Positions 28,173 through 38,747 of a stretch of DNA of 64,000 nucleotides are shown one piece after another (the first letter of the stretch is position 1; every line of letters starts with the position of its first letter). The DNA lies in assembly GCA_034435455.1 (NCBI GenBank), contig DAOTXL010000128.1, forward strand, positions 21,653-85,652. The letters run 5' to 3'. The position numbers and the translations under genes were made by a program. The notes beneath the pieces were generated by a model, which saw only the letters and a program-made list of their open reading frames with translations, made no database searches and was not told where the DNA came from. Origin of the DNA: Anaerolineae bacterium. Lineage in GTDB: Bacteria > Chloroflexota > Anaerolineae > JAAYZQ01.

Positions 28173-28886
28173 ATGAGCAAGAAACAACGCTTCTTCCTGG
28201 TGGGGGCGAGCGCCATCCTGGCCGTGCTGGCGGCCTTGTCTGTGGCCACGGCCCAGTCGCCCCTTGGCCACAACCGAGAGAGCGGCATGGCCCCGCAAGA
28301 GCGGCTGGCCAAACCGCAGCTATCCGATCCGCCCAGGCAGATCGAGATCGGCCACGTCGAATATTGGATGTCGTGCATGGTCTGTCACGGCGATCGGGGC
28401 CAGGGGCTGACCGACGAATGGCGCAGCGTCCTCGACCCGGAGGATATGAACTGCTGGCAGTCCAAATGCCATGCGCCCAACCACCCCCCGGAGGGGTTTG
28501 AAATCCCCCAGCAGTCGCCGATGGTGATCGGGCCGGGGGCACTGTCCGGCTACCGGACGGCGGCCGACCTGTTCAACTATCTGCGCGTCAAGATGCCGTG
28601 GGCCTTTCCCGGCCTGTTCGACGAGGAAACCTACTGGAACCTGACTGCTTATCTGGCCGAGGCGAACGGCGTGGACCTGCCGGCCAGGCCCCTGGGGCCG
28701 GACAATGGCGATGAGGTGCTTCTCATCCCCAACCTGCCGCAAGCGCCCCACCCCGCTATTGCCGGGGAACAGATCGTGGCCGGCATGGTGGCCGGTCTGC
28801 TGTTCCTGGGGGCAGCCCTGTACTGGGCGGCCCACAGGCCCTGGCCGGGTGTGGCAGAGGGGGCAAGGGATGAAAAAGAGGGGTAG
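28173..28886 (+). CDS. Membrane-anchored c-type cytochrome (CXXCH plus CX4CH), component of the adjacent bc-type complex operon.
   Basis: Signal peptide, CMVCHGD heme motif, second motif CWQSKCH, and a C-terminal TM helix. Confidence 0.7.
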   Translation: MSKKQRFFLVGASAILAVLAALSVATAQSPLGHNRESGMAPQERLAKPQLSDPPRQIEIGHVEYWMSCMVCHGDRGQGLTDEWRSVLDPEDMNCWQSKCHAPNHPPEGFEIPQQSPMVIGPGALSGYRTAADLFNYLRVKMPWAFPGLFDEETYWNLTAYLAEANGVDLPARPLGPDNGDEVLLIPNLPQAPHPAIAGEQIVAGMVAGLLFLGAALYWAAHRPWPGVAEGARDEKEG

Positions 28887-29538
28887 CCTTCCACCCGGCC
28901 GGGCTGGCCGGGCGGGGCTGGCTTTCCTGGGCCTCTGCCTTCTGGTCACGGGGCAGGTGTCGGCCGGGCCGGCCCCTTCTCCGCCCGATCCGACGCCGCA
29001 GCCGGGCCTGGACCGGCTGGCCATACCGCCGTTGCCCGAATCGCCCACGCCGGTGGACCGGGGCCGCCGTCTGTACTATTTCCACTGTATGCCCTGTCAC
29101 GGCGACCGGGGCCAGGGCCTGACCGACGAGTGGCGGCAAGTGTGGGTGGAAGACCATCGGAACTGCTGGGGGCGGGGCTGCCATGCCGGCAGATCGGACC
29201 TGGATGCCTTTTATCTGCCCCATTACGTGCCGCCGGTGATCGGCTCCCCCTCTGCCCTGCACGCCTTTCCAACTGCCGGGGATCTGTTTGCCTTTTTGCA
29301 GGAGAAACATCCGCCCCAGCGGCCCGGTGCTCTCTCGGAGGCAGAGAACTGGGCGCTGACCGCCTTTCTGTGGCAGGAGAACGGTCGGCCGCTGCCGGAC
29401 CGGCTGGCCGGCTCGCAGGCGGGCCATGGCCGGGCTGCCGGCAGCGATCTGCTCCTGGCGACCTTGTTGCCCCTGCTGGCCCTGCTCCTGGTGCGCCGAC
29501 AAAAAAGCTCCGGGAGGACTCGATGCAAATCAAAATAG
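28870..29538 (+). CDS. Membrane-anchored c-type cytochrome, paralog of the preceding gene.
   Basis: Signal peptide, CMPCHGD, CWGRGCH, C-terminal TM helix. Overlaps the neighbouring genes by 16-17 nt. Confidence 0.7.
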   Translation: MKKRGSLPPGRAGRAGLAFLGLCLLVTGQVSAGPAPSPPDPTPQPGLDRLAIPPLPESPTPVDRGRRLYYFHCMPCHGDRGQGLTDEWRQVWVEDHRNCWGRGCHAGRSDLDAFYLPHYVPPVIGSPSALHAFPTAGDLFAFLQEKHPPQRPGALSEAENWALTAFLWQENGRPLPDRLAGSQAGHGRAAGSDLLLATLLPLLALLLVRRQKSSGRTRCKSK

Positions 29539-29981
29539 ACCGCCGTGCGTTCCTGACCTGGCTGGCCAGAGGTTCCGTGACCACGGCCATTGTCGCCGCC
29601 GCCGGCCAGGTGGCCCGCTTTCTCTCCTACCGGCCCCCGACCACCACTTCGACCATCCTGCCCGTTGGTCAGGCAGGGGATTACGCGCCGGGCGATCGGG
29701 TCTATGTGGCCGATGCCAGGGTCTATGTGGGCCGCGATGAGGGAGGGCTGTACGCCCTGGATGCCGTCTGTCCCCATCTGGGCTGTCTGGTGGAACCGCT
29801 GGAAGGGGGAGGGTTCCTCTGCCCTTGCCACGGCAGCCGTTTCGACCGGGCGGGAGGTGTCGAGACCGGGCCGGCGACCAAACCGTTGCGCTACCTGGCC
29901 CTGTGGTGGGACCAGGAGCGGGGGCAGCTTTTCGTTGACCGGGCCAAAGAGGTGGAAGCTACCGTCCGCCTGAGCCTCTGA
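29523..29981 (+). CDS. Rieske [2Fe-2S] iron-sulfur protein with a Tat signal.
   Basis: RRAFL twin-arginine motif. CPHLGC...CPCHGS Rieske boxes. GGGAGG RBS. Confidence 0.85.
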   Translation: MQIKIDRRAFLTWLARGSVTTAIVAAAGQVARFLSYRPPTTTSTILPVGQAGDYAPGDRVYVADARVYVGRDEGGLYALDAVCPHLGCLVEPLEGGGFLCPCHGSRFDRAGGVETGPATKPLRYLALWWDQERGQLFVDRAKEVEATVRLSL

Positions 29982-30000
29982 ACGTTCGAGAAAAGAAGCC

Positions 30001-31014
30001 GTGTCGAAACGCCGCCCCAACTTTTTCTACCACCTACACCCGCCGACCATTCCCGCCCGCGAGGTCCGGTGGAGCTACACCTTTGGTCTGGGTGGCATCT
30101 CGTTGCTGCTCTTGCTCGTTTTGGGTGTCACCGGCCTGATCGAGATGTTCCTCTATGTGCCTACGCCGGAGGCCGCCCACGAGACGATCCGCCAGATCAC
30201 CTACCTGGCTCCCTCTGGCTGGCTATGGCGCAACCTGCACTTTTGGGCCGGGCAACTCCTGGTGGGGACGGTGGTCCTGCACATGGCCCGTGTCCTGTTC
30301 AGCGGCGGTTACAAGGACCGCCGTTTGAACTGGCTTATCGGCCTGGCGCTGCTGGTCCTGACCCTCTTGTTCGATTTTACCGGCTATGTGTTGCGCTGGG
30401 ACCAGGACACGGCCTGGGCGCTGATGGTGGGCACCAATCTGATCAAAGAGATCCCCGGAGCCGGCAGCTTTTTGTATCGGCTCTTGGTGGGGGGAGAGCA
30501 GATCGGGGCGCCGGCCCTGATCCGCTTTTACACCTGGCACGTGCTGGGGTTGGGGTTGGTGGTTGCGGTCCTGGTGACATGGCACCTTTTTCGCGTTCGT
30601 CGGGATGGGGGCATCTCTCACCTCGCCCAGGAGCCTCGGGTGGGCCGCGAGCAGTTGGTGCGTCAGGAGGTGATCGCCACGCTGCTCACCCTGGCCGGCC
30701 TGTTCGGGTTGAGCCTGGCGGTCCCCGCGCCTCTCGGCCCGCCCTACGACCCCACCGCTTTTGTCGCCGAACCGCGCGCCCCCTGGTTCTTTCTGTGGAT
30801 CCAGGAGCTGTTGCGCCTGGCCCCTCCCTTTCTGGCCGGGGTGTTGACGCCTCTGCTCGTCCTGCTGGTGCTGGCCATGATGCCCTACACCCTCGACCGC
30901 AGCCAGGAGGGCGTCGCCCGCTGGTTCAATCGGCCGGGGCGCGCTGCCCAGGTCCTTTTTCTCCTCATCCTGGTCACGGTTCTGGCCCTGATCGTGCGGG
31001 GTGCTCTGCGCTGA
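30001..31014 (+). CDS. Cytochrome b (b6 / subunit IV fused type) of the bc-type complex.
   Basis: Multiple TM helices with conserved His (LHFWAG, YTWHVLG). GTG start. Confidence 0.8.
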   Translation: MSKRRPNFFYHLHPPTIPAREVRWSYTFGLGGISLLLLLVLGVTGLIEMFLYVPTPEAAHETIRQITYLAPSGWLWRNLHFWAGQLLVGTVVLHMARVLFSGGYKDRRLNWLIGLALLVLTLLFDFTGYVLRWDQDTAWALMVGTNLIKEIPGAGSFLYRLLVGGEQIGAPALIRFYTWHVLGLGLVVAVLVTWHLFRVRRDGGISHLAQEPRVGREQLVRQEVIATLLTLAGLFGLSLAVPAPLGPPYDPTAFVAEPRAPWFFLWIQELLRLAPPFLAGVLTPLLVLLVLAMMPYTLDRSQEGVARWFNRPGRAAQVLFLLILVTVLALIVRGALR

Positions 31015-31019
31015 CCCTT

Positions 31020-32147
31020 CTACCGGGACCTTTCCCGGCATTCCTCCAGGTGCACCGGGTCAAACCCCCGAAACAGGCACTCGACCGCATACTCGCCGCC
31101 GGGTGATTCGGCCCTCACCAGCACATACCCTCCCCAGCGGGCCAGGCGGGTGACGCGGGGCGAGCCGTGCCACCTCTCCTGCCGGGCCTGGAGCCAGGCC
31201 CGCAACTCTTCGCCCACCGTGAAGGCGCAGCGAAGGCAGTCGGGGGGGGTCTGGCCGGAGGTGAGGAAGGCCGGGAGCCCCTGGGTGTAGGGCAGGCCGG
31301 CATCGTAGCAAAAGGAGATCTGCTCGGCCACGACCCGGCAGAGGATCCAGGTCCCGTTGTCAAACTCGGCGACCACCAGGACGGTGTCGGAAACGCTCAG
31401 GTCCACCATGCCGATAGACAGGTCATACTGTTCGCTCATCCGGTCGCGCACGGCCGAGAGGGCGTTGTAATTGATCCCCGTCTTCAGGCTGAGGTCAAAC
31501 AGATCGCCGGGGTAGGTGCGGCCGGTGCGGATCGCCTCGTGGACCAGTTGGGGGGGCAGGCGCAGGGGCTTGTTCACGATGTTATCGCTGAAAAGGCCGA
31601 CGACTATCACCAATGGCAGGGGAATCACCAGCAGGAACCGGCCCCGCTCCCGCAGGCGACCCTGGCCATCGGTCTCGGCCACAAGCCCTTCGAGGCGGTA
31701 TGGCTGGAGCAGGCCCAGGGCCCCCAGGAGCAACAGGATGAAAAAGCCGGCCAGCATCATGCCGGTGGCAGCCGCCCGGCTGAAGGGGTAGATGGGCAGC
31801 CCCCAGGAACGGGGGTCGGCCAGCCACAGGGTCAGGGTGCGGCCCTCGTAGGGCACATGGCCGATCACCAGGGTCATCAGGCCGCCGACGATCAGCCAGA
31901 TCAGGGCGCTGGCCCAGGCCCGACCGGCCCAGGCGGCCAGCCAGCCTCCCAGCCCCCCCAGCAGCCCCAGGGCCAGGCTTCCGGCGAGCAAACTGGGGTA
32001 GGCCAGCCGCACGTGGCTGAGGGCCAGAAAAATGGCGTCGGAAGCCCACACTCCCAACGCCAGAGCCAGGCCGGACAGCAAACCGTTGAGCAGGCCCAGC
32101 CGCAGATCAAGACGCCGGCAGGGGGCGTCCGAATTGGGAACGGCCAT
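31020..32147 (-). CDS. Hypothetical polytopic membrane protein (375 aa) at the 3' end of the peptide ABC operon.
   Basis: Long ORF with TM segments. 4-nt gap from the upstream permease. No recognisable family. Confidence 0.45.
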   Translation of the reverse strand: MAVPNSDAPCRRLDLRLGLLNGLLSGLALALGVWASDAIFLALSHVRLAYPSLLAGSLALGLLGGLGGWLAAWAGRAWASALIWLIVGGLMTLVIGHVPYEGRTLTLWLADPRSWGLPIYPFSRAAATGMMLAGFFILLLLGALGLLQPYRLEGLVAETDGQGRLRERGRFLLVIPLPLVIVVGLFSDNIVNKPLRLPPQLVHEAIRTGRTYPGDLFDLSLKTGINYNALSAVRDRMSEQYDLSIGMVDLSVSDTVLVVAEFDNGTWILCRVVAEQISFCYDAGLPYTQGLPAFLTSGQTPPDCLRCAFTVGEELRAWLQARQERWHGSPRVTRLARWGGYVLVRAESPGGEYAVECLFRGFDPVHLEECRERSR

Positions 32148-32150
32148 GGG

Positions 32151-33224
32151 CTATCCCCGGATGCTGCGCAACCTCGGGTCCAGGATATCGCGCATGGCGT
32201 CGCCGATCAGGTTCCAGCCCAGGCCAAAGATGATCAGGGCCGAGCCGGGGAAGACGATGATGTACCAATAGGTGTCCAGGCTCATGATCCAGTCCCGGGC
32301 AAAACTGATGATCTGGCCCCAGTCGGCGTAGCCGATCTCGGTGCCCACCCCCAGGAAGCTCAGGGCGGCAAAGGAGAGGACGGCATCCCCCAGCCGGAAG
32401 GAGGCCAGCACCAGGATGGGGTAGATGACGTTGGGCAGGATATGGCGGATGATCAGCCGGCCATCCTTAGCCCCGATCACGCGGCCGGCCAGGACATAAT
32501 CCCGCTCCTTGGCCGACAGGATATCCCCGCGCACCACCCGGGCGTAGCGCGTCCAGCCAAATACGATCAGGGCGATGGTGGGGGGCCAGATGCTGCGGCC
32601 GAACTTGGGCACCAGGATCGAAGACAGGGTGAGGGCGGCCAGCAGAAACGGGAAGGCCATAAAGATCTCGGTGATACGCATCAGCAGGTCGTCCAGCCAT
32701 CCCCCATAGAAGGCAGAGATCGAGCCCACGATCAACCCGATGAGCACGGTGCTAAAGGTGACAACGATGCCGGCGAACAAGGCCGTGCGCGCTCCCCAGA
32801 CGACCCCATACCAGATGTCGAACTGGCCGCTGGTGGTGCCCATCAGATGGACCCAGTGGTCCTTGCCGGTCAGGATCGGGTACCAGAATGGAAGAACGTC
32901 CGGGACGCTCATTTTCCACTCCGTGCCGGGAGGCTGGGGTTTGGGGCCAAAGCCGTCGCGGGGAATCAGGTAGGGATCGCCGGCCACTTTGACAGGAGGA
33001 GCGAGCACAGGGGCCAAGATGGCCATCAGGATAAAAAGGGTGACAATGCCCAAACCGGCTACCGAGAGGGGATTGGTGAACAGGCCGTGCAGCAAACGAT
33101 ACCACTCCGGCCCCAGCAGCTTGCGCAGCCCGGTTACTTCCGGCAAAGTCCAGGCCGCTACATCGTCCCGGGTGATCGTCCGCCGGCCGGGAAGTTGACG
33201 GCCCACCATTGTTTCTGTTGCCAT
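32151..33224 (-). CDS. ABC transporter permease (DppC/OppC-like).
   Basis: BPD-transp_1 core (EAA-like loop). Confidence 0.85.
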   Translation of the reverse strand: MATETMVGRQLPGRRTITRDDVAAWTLPEVTGLRKLLGPEWYRLLHGLFTNPLSVAGLGIVTLFILMAILAPVLAPPVKVAGDPYLIPRDGFGPKPQPPGTEWKMSVPDVLPFWYPILTGKDHWVHLMGTTSGQFDIWYGVVWGARTALFAGIVVTFSTVLIGLIVGSISAFYGGWLDDLLMRITEIFMAFPFLLAALTLSSILVPKFGRSIWPPTIALIVFGWTRYARVVRGDILSAKERDYVLAGRVIGAKDGRLIIRHILPNVIYPILVLASFRLGDAVLSFAALSFLGVGTEIGYADWGQIISFARDWIMSLDTYWYIIVFPGSALIIFGLGWNLIGDAMRDILDPRLRSIRG

Positions 33225-33259
33225 TCAACACCTCATTCGTTCAATCTGATCCTCTGGCC

Positions 33260-34324
33260 TTAACTCAGGCGAACACGGGGGTCCAGGAAGGCATACAGCA
33301 CGTCAATCACCAGATTGGCTATCATCAGCACGACCGCGCTGAACAGGGTAAAGCTGACCACCGTCAGCAGGTCCAGGCTCTGGGCCGCGCGTGCCGCAGC
33401 CGACCCCATGCCGGGCAGGTTAAAGATCGTTTCGGTGATCACCACCCCCCCGATCAGGCCGACGATCGTCAGCCCGGCCACGGTGACCACCGGGATCAGG
33501 GCATTGGGCAACGCATGGCGGTTGGTCACCGTCTTTTCGGCCAGCCCCTTGGCCCGGGCGGTGGTCACATAGTCCTGGTGCAGCGATTCGAGCATGGAGG
33601 AGCGGGTCAGGCGCAGCAACATAGCCCATTCGACATAACACAACGTCACGATCGGCAGGATCATATGCCGCAGCGCGTCCCAGAAGATATCCAGCCGCAG
33701 ATTGAGCAGGGCATCAATCGTGTTCATGTAGGTATATCGGTGGAAGGAGGGGGAGGCGACCACCTGGGTGGCCCAGTCGGAGAGGCGTCCGGGCGGGAAC
33801 CATTCCAATTTGGCGTAAAAGATCATCAGCACCAACAGGGCAAAGACAAAGGTGGGGAAAGACCAGCCGATAATGCTAAATACGCGGGCCGCCTGGTCAA
33901 TCGGCTTGTTGTGGTGCTTGGCCGCCAGGATCCCCAACCAGACGCCGCCGAGGATGATCGGCGTGCCGGCCCACAGCGCCAGTTCCAACGAGACAGGCAG
34001 GCGGCTCAGAAGCAGTTCTCCGACGGGCAGGCGGCCGGTGCGGGAGTAACCAAAGTCGCCCCGCAGGATGCCGCCGATCCGCTGCCCTGTCTGAGGGTCA
34101 ATGCGGCCGACGAGCCAGCGCCAGTACTGGACGTGGAACGGCTCGTCCAGCCCATAGCGGCGGATGATGGCCTCCAGCGCGCCGGGGGTGTGGGGGATAT
34201 CCCGGACGTACAGAGCCGACCGCTCTACCGGATCGAGGGTCATGGTCATGAGAAAGACCAGGACCGTCACGCCAAAGGCGGTGATCGGCAGTTGCAATAA
34301 GCGGCGGATAATATAAGTCGTCAT
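33260..34324 (-). CDS. ABC transporter permease (DppB/OppB-like).
   Basis: MTTYIIRRLLQLPITAFGVTVLVF and the family core. Confidence 0.85.
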   Translation of the reverse strand: MTTYIIRRLLQLPITAFGVTVLVFLMTMTLDPVERSALYVRDIPHTPGALEAIIRRYGLDEPFHVQYWRWLVGRIDPQTGQRIGGILRGDFGYSRTGRLPVGELLLSRLPVSLELALWAGTPIILGGVWLGILAAKHHNKPIDQAARVFSIIGWSFPTFVFALLVLMIFYAKLEWFPPGRLSDWATQVVASPSFHRYTYMNTIDALLNLRLDIFWDALRHMILPIVTLCYVEWAMLLRLTRSSMLESLHQDYVTTARAKGLAEKTVTNRHALPNALIPVVTVAGLTIVGLIGGVVITETIFNLPGMGSAAARAAQSLDLLTVVSFTLFSAVVLMIANLVIDVLYAFLDPRVRLS

Positions 34325-34398
34325 AATTTCTGCCTCGGACCAGGGATTTCCGGCGGGGGCAATCCGCCCCCGCCGGAAAGAGATTCCAAGTCAGCCGG

Positions 34399-36474
34399 TT
34401 ATTCGGTGGCCAGGGAGTAGGCGTAGTAGTAACCGGCGAACAGGATCGGGTTGTAGTACCAGTCCTGCACCCAGCGCTGCTCGTAGCGGGCCCCTGCCTC
34501 CTGCGACAGGGTGATCTGGATGGCCGTGTCGTAGAAGAGCTTTTGCAGGTCAAAGTAGATCTTTTCGCGCTCTTTGGGATCGGAGGCCATCACGCCGGCG
34601 GTGACCAGCTCCTGGAACTGGGCTTTCAGGTCGGCCGGCAGGTTCTGCCGCCCGGCGTAAGTGCCGACCGTGAACGGCTGCACCCAGTTGTGCGGGTCGT
34701 GGATGTCCTCGATCCAGCCGCTGGCCACCAGGGGCAACTGGCTGGCGCGGAAGGCGCGCAGCATCGTCGGCCACGGCAGGCCCAGGCACTCGATCTGGTA
34801 CTTGTCGTTGATCGAGCGCAGGCTGGACTGCAGGATGGCGCAGGCGGTCTGGCGTGCCGTGTTACCGGTGTTGTAGGCCATCTGCACGCGGAAGCCGACC
34901 TCGGCCACCTTGCCGCCCCAGGCCTGCTCCATCTCTGCCTTGCACTTGTCCAGGTCGAACTCGTACATCGGGCCATCGGGGTTGTAGCCCAGCATGCCGA
35001 CGATGATCGGGCCGTTGTTGCGGATGCCTTCGCCGTTCTGGGCGTCCCGGATAAAGGCCTCATAGTCGAAGCAGTAGTTGAAGGCCTTGCGGACATGGAG
35101 GTCGCTGAAAAAGTCGGGCGGAATGCCGTTGCCGTCCAACTGGCCGCTGCCGATGTAGGGGTTGATCCCCTCTTCCTGGCTCAGGTCAAAGTTCATGAAC
35201 ACGTTGGTGCGGCTCACGCTGGGCAGTTTGGGCCACTTGCGTAGCGGCGCGTCCGGATTTTCGGTGGGGGTGCACTCGTTGGTCAGGTAGTCGCAAATTT
35301 CCCCTACATACTCATCCACCTGGGGCCGGTTGGCCGCCGGCACCGCCACCGTCTCGGCGTCCCCGGCCAGGAGGATGGCAAAGCGGGTACCCCACTCATC
35401 CACCAGGTTCTGGACCACGCGCTTGATGCGCGGGGGGCCGCTGGGGCCGCCAGGCCATATCTCGTCGCCGGGCTGGCGCCAATAGTTCTCGTTGGCGACC
35501 ATGACCCAGCCCTCGCTGGGGGTCCAGCTCTCCAGCTTGTAGGGGCCGGTGCCGTTGATGATGGTGGACAGGGGGCTGTTCTCCGAAGTCAGCGAATAGT
35601 AGTCCTGCCAGGTGTCGCACGAACCATCCCAGGCGCCGTTCTCGATGGCCCATTCCTTATCCATGGCCGAGCCCCACGACTGGGCCAGGGTGGCCAGGAA
35701 GGGGCCCCACGGCTGGGCCAGGTGGAAGGTCAGGGTCCAGTTCTCGTCGTCGGCCTCGATGGCGGCCTTGACCTTTTCGCATACCGCCTTCAGTTCCTCC
35801 GCCGTGGCGTTGGCCTTCAGCCCTTCAGGATCGCCGGCATACGCCCCCTCGGCGATCTCTTCGGTGATATCGCCCGAGGCGTAGCCCATGATCGGCTCGA
35901 TCAGCAGCCACTGCGGGCCGTCGGGGCTGGACTGCAACAGGCCGCGCTCAAAGGTGTACTCAAAGTCGCTGGGGGTCAGGTCGTTGCCGTTGTGGAACTT
36001 GACGCCCTGGCGGATCTTGAACGTGTAGGTCTTGCCGTCGGCCGAGATGCCGCCGTTCTGCACCGTGGGAATTTCAGTGGCCAGCAACGGCACGTACTCG
36101 GTCATGTTCTCCCGGTTGAAAAAGATCAACCCTTCCATGACGTTCATGATCACCGCGGCGCTGGCGGTGTCGTAGCACAGGTTCGGGTCCAGGGTGTCAA
36201 TGTCGCCAAAGGTGACAAAGGTGTAGGTGTCGGGGCGGGGCGCCACGAACTTGACCTCGCCGGGGGGCGGGGTGGGGGTGGGCGGAACGGTCACCTCAAC
36301 CTGAACCGTCTCGACAATGGTCTGGGGCGTGCCTTTTACCTCCACCACCTTGGTCACTTCGACCGGGACGGTCTGAATGATCACCTGCGGTGTTGGTGTG
36401 GGTCCACAGGCTGCCAACACAACCGATGCGATCATCCCCAGGACCGCGAGGATCGCCCATTTTTTAGAAAACAT
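34399..36474 (-). CDS. ABC transporter substrate-binding lipoprotein, family 5 (691 aa).
   Basis: MFSKKWAILAVLGMIASVVLAAC lipobox. The N-terminus is nearly identical to the SBP at 25222-27831. Confidence 0.85.
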   Translation of the reverse strand: MFSKKWAILAVLGMIASVVLAACGPTPTPQVIIQTVPVEVTKVVEVKGTPQTIVETVQVEVTVPPTPTPPPGEVKFVAPRPDTYTFVTFGDIDTLDPNLCYDTASAAVIMNVMEGLIFFNRENMTEYVPLLATEIPTVQNGGISADGKTYTFKIRQGVKFHNGNDLTPSDFEYTFERGLLQSSPDGPQWLLIEPIMGYASGDITEEIAEGAYAGDPEGLKANATAEELKAVCEKVKAAIEADDENWTLTFHLAQPWGPFLATLAQSWGSAMDKEWAIENGAWDGSCDTWQDYYSLTSENSPLSTIINGTGPYKLESWTPSEGWVMVANENYWRQPGDEIWPGGPSGPPRIKRVVQNLVDEWGTRFAILLAGDAETVAVPAANRPQVDEYVGEICDYLTNECTPTENPDAPLRKWPKLPSVSRTNVFMNFDLSQEEGINPYIGSGQLDGNGIPPDFFSDLHVRKAFNYCFDYEAFIRDAQNGEGIRNNGPIIVGMLGYNPDGPMYEFDLDKCKAEMEQAWGGKVAEVGFRVQMAYNTGNTARQTACAILQSSLRSINDKYQIECLGLPWPTMLRAFRASQLPLVASGWIEDIHDPHNWVQPFTVGTYAGRQNLPADLKAQFQELVTAGVMASDPKEREKIYFDLQKLFYDTAIQITLSQEAGARYEQRWVQDWYYNPILFAGYYYAYSLATE

Positions 36475-36486
36475 TGTCTCCTCCTT

Positions 36487-36600
36487 TTTTTAAATTTTCT
36501 GTCAGCCGAACCGATGCCAGGCGCGGGAATCCTGGGACAGAATTGCACCCCGCTTCCTCACCTCCTTTACATGTTCTCCGCAGAGGCACCCCGGCTCCCT
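36487..36600 (-). promoter_or_regulatory. Conserved 5' leader of the SBP gene (paralog of 27846-27960).
   Basis: See the paired feature at 27846-27960. Confidence 0.4.
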
Positions 36601-36676
36601 GCGGGCAAAGGCTCCAGCGTCAGGATAATGCCCTCTGATCGTACCACAAAACGCCGTTCCGGTCAAGACCCTGTTA

Positions 36677-37678
36677 TCAGGTCTCGGCGGTTTGGGGGCC
36701 TACCCGAAAGCAGGCCACCCAGTGCCCACCGCCGACGTCCACAAAATCCGGCTCTTGCTCTTTGCAGATATCCATGACCACCGGACAGCGGGTACAGAAA
36801 TTGCAGCCGACGGGCGGGTTGGCCGGGCTGGGCACGTCCCCCTCCAGGATAATCCGCTTCCGTCTTTCTTCGACCATCGGGTCGGGGATCGGCACCGCCG
36901 ACAGGAGCGCCTGGGTATAGGGATGGAGTGGGTTGTCGTACAGTTCCGTGCGGGTGGTCAGTTCTACGATCTTGCCCAGGTACATGACCGCCACCCGGTC
37001 GGAGATGTGCCGCACCACCGACAGGTCGTGGGCGATGAACAGGTAGGTCAGGTTGAACTCCCGCTGGAGGTCCTCCAGCAGGTTGATGATCTGGGCCTGG
37101 ATCGAGACGTCCAGCGCCGAGATCGGCTCGTCGCAGACGATAAATTCGGGGTTGACGGCCAGCGCCCGGGCCACACCGATGCGTTGCCGCTGCCCTCCCG
37201 AAAACTCGTGGGGGTAGCGGTTCACGAAATAGGGGTTCAGGCCCACCACCCGCAGCAGCTCCTGGACCCGCTCCCGGCGCTCTTTGCTGCCGGCCAGGTT
37301 GTGCACCAGGAGCGGCTCCCCGATGATGTCGCCCACGGTCATGCGCGGGTTGAGGGAGGCATAGGGGTCCTGGAAGATCATCTGCATCCGGCGGCGCATC
37401 CGGCGCAACGGTTCCCCTTTGAGTTTGGTGAGGTTTTCGCCGTCAAAGAGCACATCCCCTGCCGTCGGGCGGTAGAGTTGCAGGATCGCGCGCCCGGTCG
37501 TGGATTTGCCGCAGCCCGATTCGCCCACCAGGCCCAGCGTCTCGCCGCGCAGGATGTCAAAGGAGATGCCATCCACCGCTTTGATGGCCCCCACCTTGCG
37601 CTGGATAACAATCCCCTGCATGATCGGGAAGTGCATTTTGAGGTTGCGAACCTGAACGAGAACGCCGTTTTGTGTCAT
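36677..37678 (-). CDS. Peptide ABC transporter ATP-binding protein (F-type).
   Basis: [27 protein letters not shown] before the ATG at 37678. Confidence 0.85.
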   Translation of the reverse strand: MTQNGVLVQVRNLKMHFPIMQGIVIQRKVGAIKAVDGISFDILRGETLGLVGESGCGKSTTGRAILQLYRPTAGDVLFDGENLTKLKGEPLRRMRRRMQMIFQDPYASLNPRMTVGDIIGEPLLVHNLAGSKERRERVQELLRVVGLNPYFVNRYPHEFSGGQRQRIGVARALAVNPEFIVCDEPISALDVSIQAQIINLLEDLQREFNLTYLFIAHDLSVVRHISDRVAVMYLGKIVELTTRTELYDNPLHPYTQALLSAVPIPDPMVEERRKRIILEGDVPSPANPPVGCNFCTRCPVVMDICKEQEPDFVDVGGGHWVACFRVGPQTAET

Positions 37679-37708
37679 TGGCACTCCAACTCCTCTGCGG
37701 GATAAAAG

Positions 37709-38686
37709 CTAAACAGCCTGCGTGACATCCACCCAGCAGGCGATGCGGTGCCTGGGCCCCACCGGCTCCAATTCGGGCCGTTCCTCCTGGCACCGGTCAA
37801 TGGCGTACACGCAGCGCGGCTCAAAGGGGCAGCCCTTGGGCAGGGAGATCAGGTCTGGAGGAAGGCCTTCGATGGAGGTCAGCTTTTCCCGGCGGACCTC
37901 GTCCAGCCGGGGCAGGGAACCCAGGAGCCCCAGGGTGTAGGGATGCCGCGGATTGGCATAGATCTCCTTGACCGAGGCCTCTTCCACCACGAAACCGGCA
38001 TACATGACCATCATCCGGTTGGCAATGCCGGCCACCACCCCCAGGTCGTGGGTGATCCAGATGATGGCCATGCCGATCTCGTCCCGCAGCCGCTTCACCA
38101 GGTCTACGATCTGCGCCTGGATGGTCACGTCCAGGGCGGTGGTCGGCTCGTCGGCGATGAGCAGCCGGGGATTACAGGCCAGGGCCATGGCGATCATGGC
38201 CCGTTGGCGCATGCCGCCTGAGAATTGGTGGGGGTAATCGTCCAGCCGCTCCTCTGCCTGGGGGATCCCCACCATGGAGAGCAGTTCCGTACTGCGTTTG
38301 CGGGCCTCTTGTCGGCTCATGTTCAGGTGCAGCTCCAATGCCTCGCCGATCTGCCGCCCGATGGTCAGGACCGGGTTGAGGGAGGTCATCGGGTCCTGGA
38401 AAACCATGGCGATCTTGTTGCCGCGCACCTGCCGGATCTCGTCGTCGCTCACCTTGAGCAGGTCGTGCCCGTCAAAGAGCACCTCCCCGCCGACGATCTT
38501 GCCCGGTGGTTGGGGGATCAGGCGCATGACCGACAGGACACTGACGCTTTTGCCACACCCACTCTCGCCCACGATGCCCAGGGTTTCTCCTTCTTCTACG
38601 TGAAAGGAAACCCCATTTACAGCATGGACTATCCCGTCTTGGGTGAAGAATTGCGTTTTGAGGTTCTTGACTTCCAGCAATGGCAT
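37709..38686 (-). CDS. Peptide ABC transporter ATP-binding protein (D-type).
   Basis: [27 protein letters not shown] before the ATG at 38686. Confidence 0.85.
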   Translation of the reverse strand: MPLLEVKNLKTQFFTQDGIVHAVNGVSFHVEEGETLGIVGESGCGKSVSVLSVMRLIPQPPGKIVGGEVLFDGHDLLKVSDDEIRQVRGNKIAMVFQDPMTSLNPVLTIGRQIGEALELHLNMSRQEARKRSTELLSMVGIPQAEERLDDYPHQFSGGMRQRAMIAMALACNPRLLIADEPTTALDVTIQAQIVDLVKRLRDEIGMAIIWITHDLGVVAGIANRMMVMYAGFVVEEASVKEIYANPRHPYTLGLLGSLPRLDEVRREKLTSIEGLPPDLISLPKGCPFEPRCVYAIDRCQEERPELEPVGPRHRIACWVDVTQAV

Positions 38687-38747
38687 GCCTTGTTCTCCTT
38701 CTCGTAGCAAGGTTGGGTCTGGCGTGTTTCCTTTCAGTTCGGCCGGA

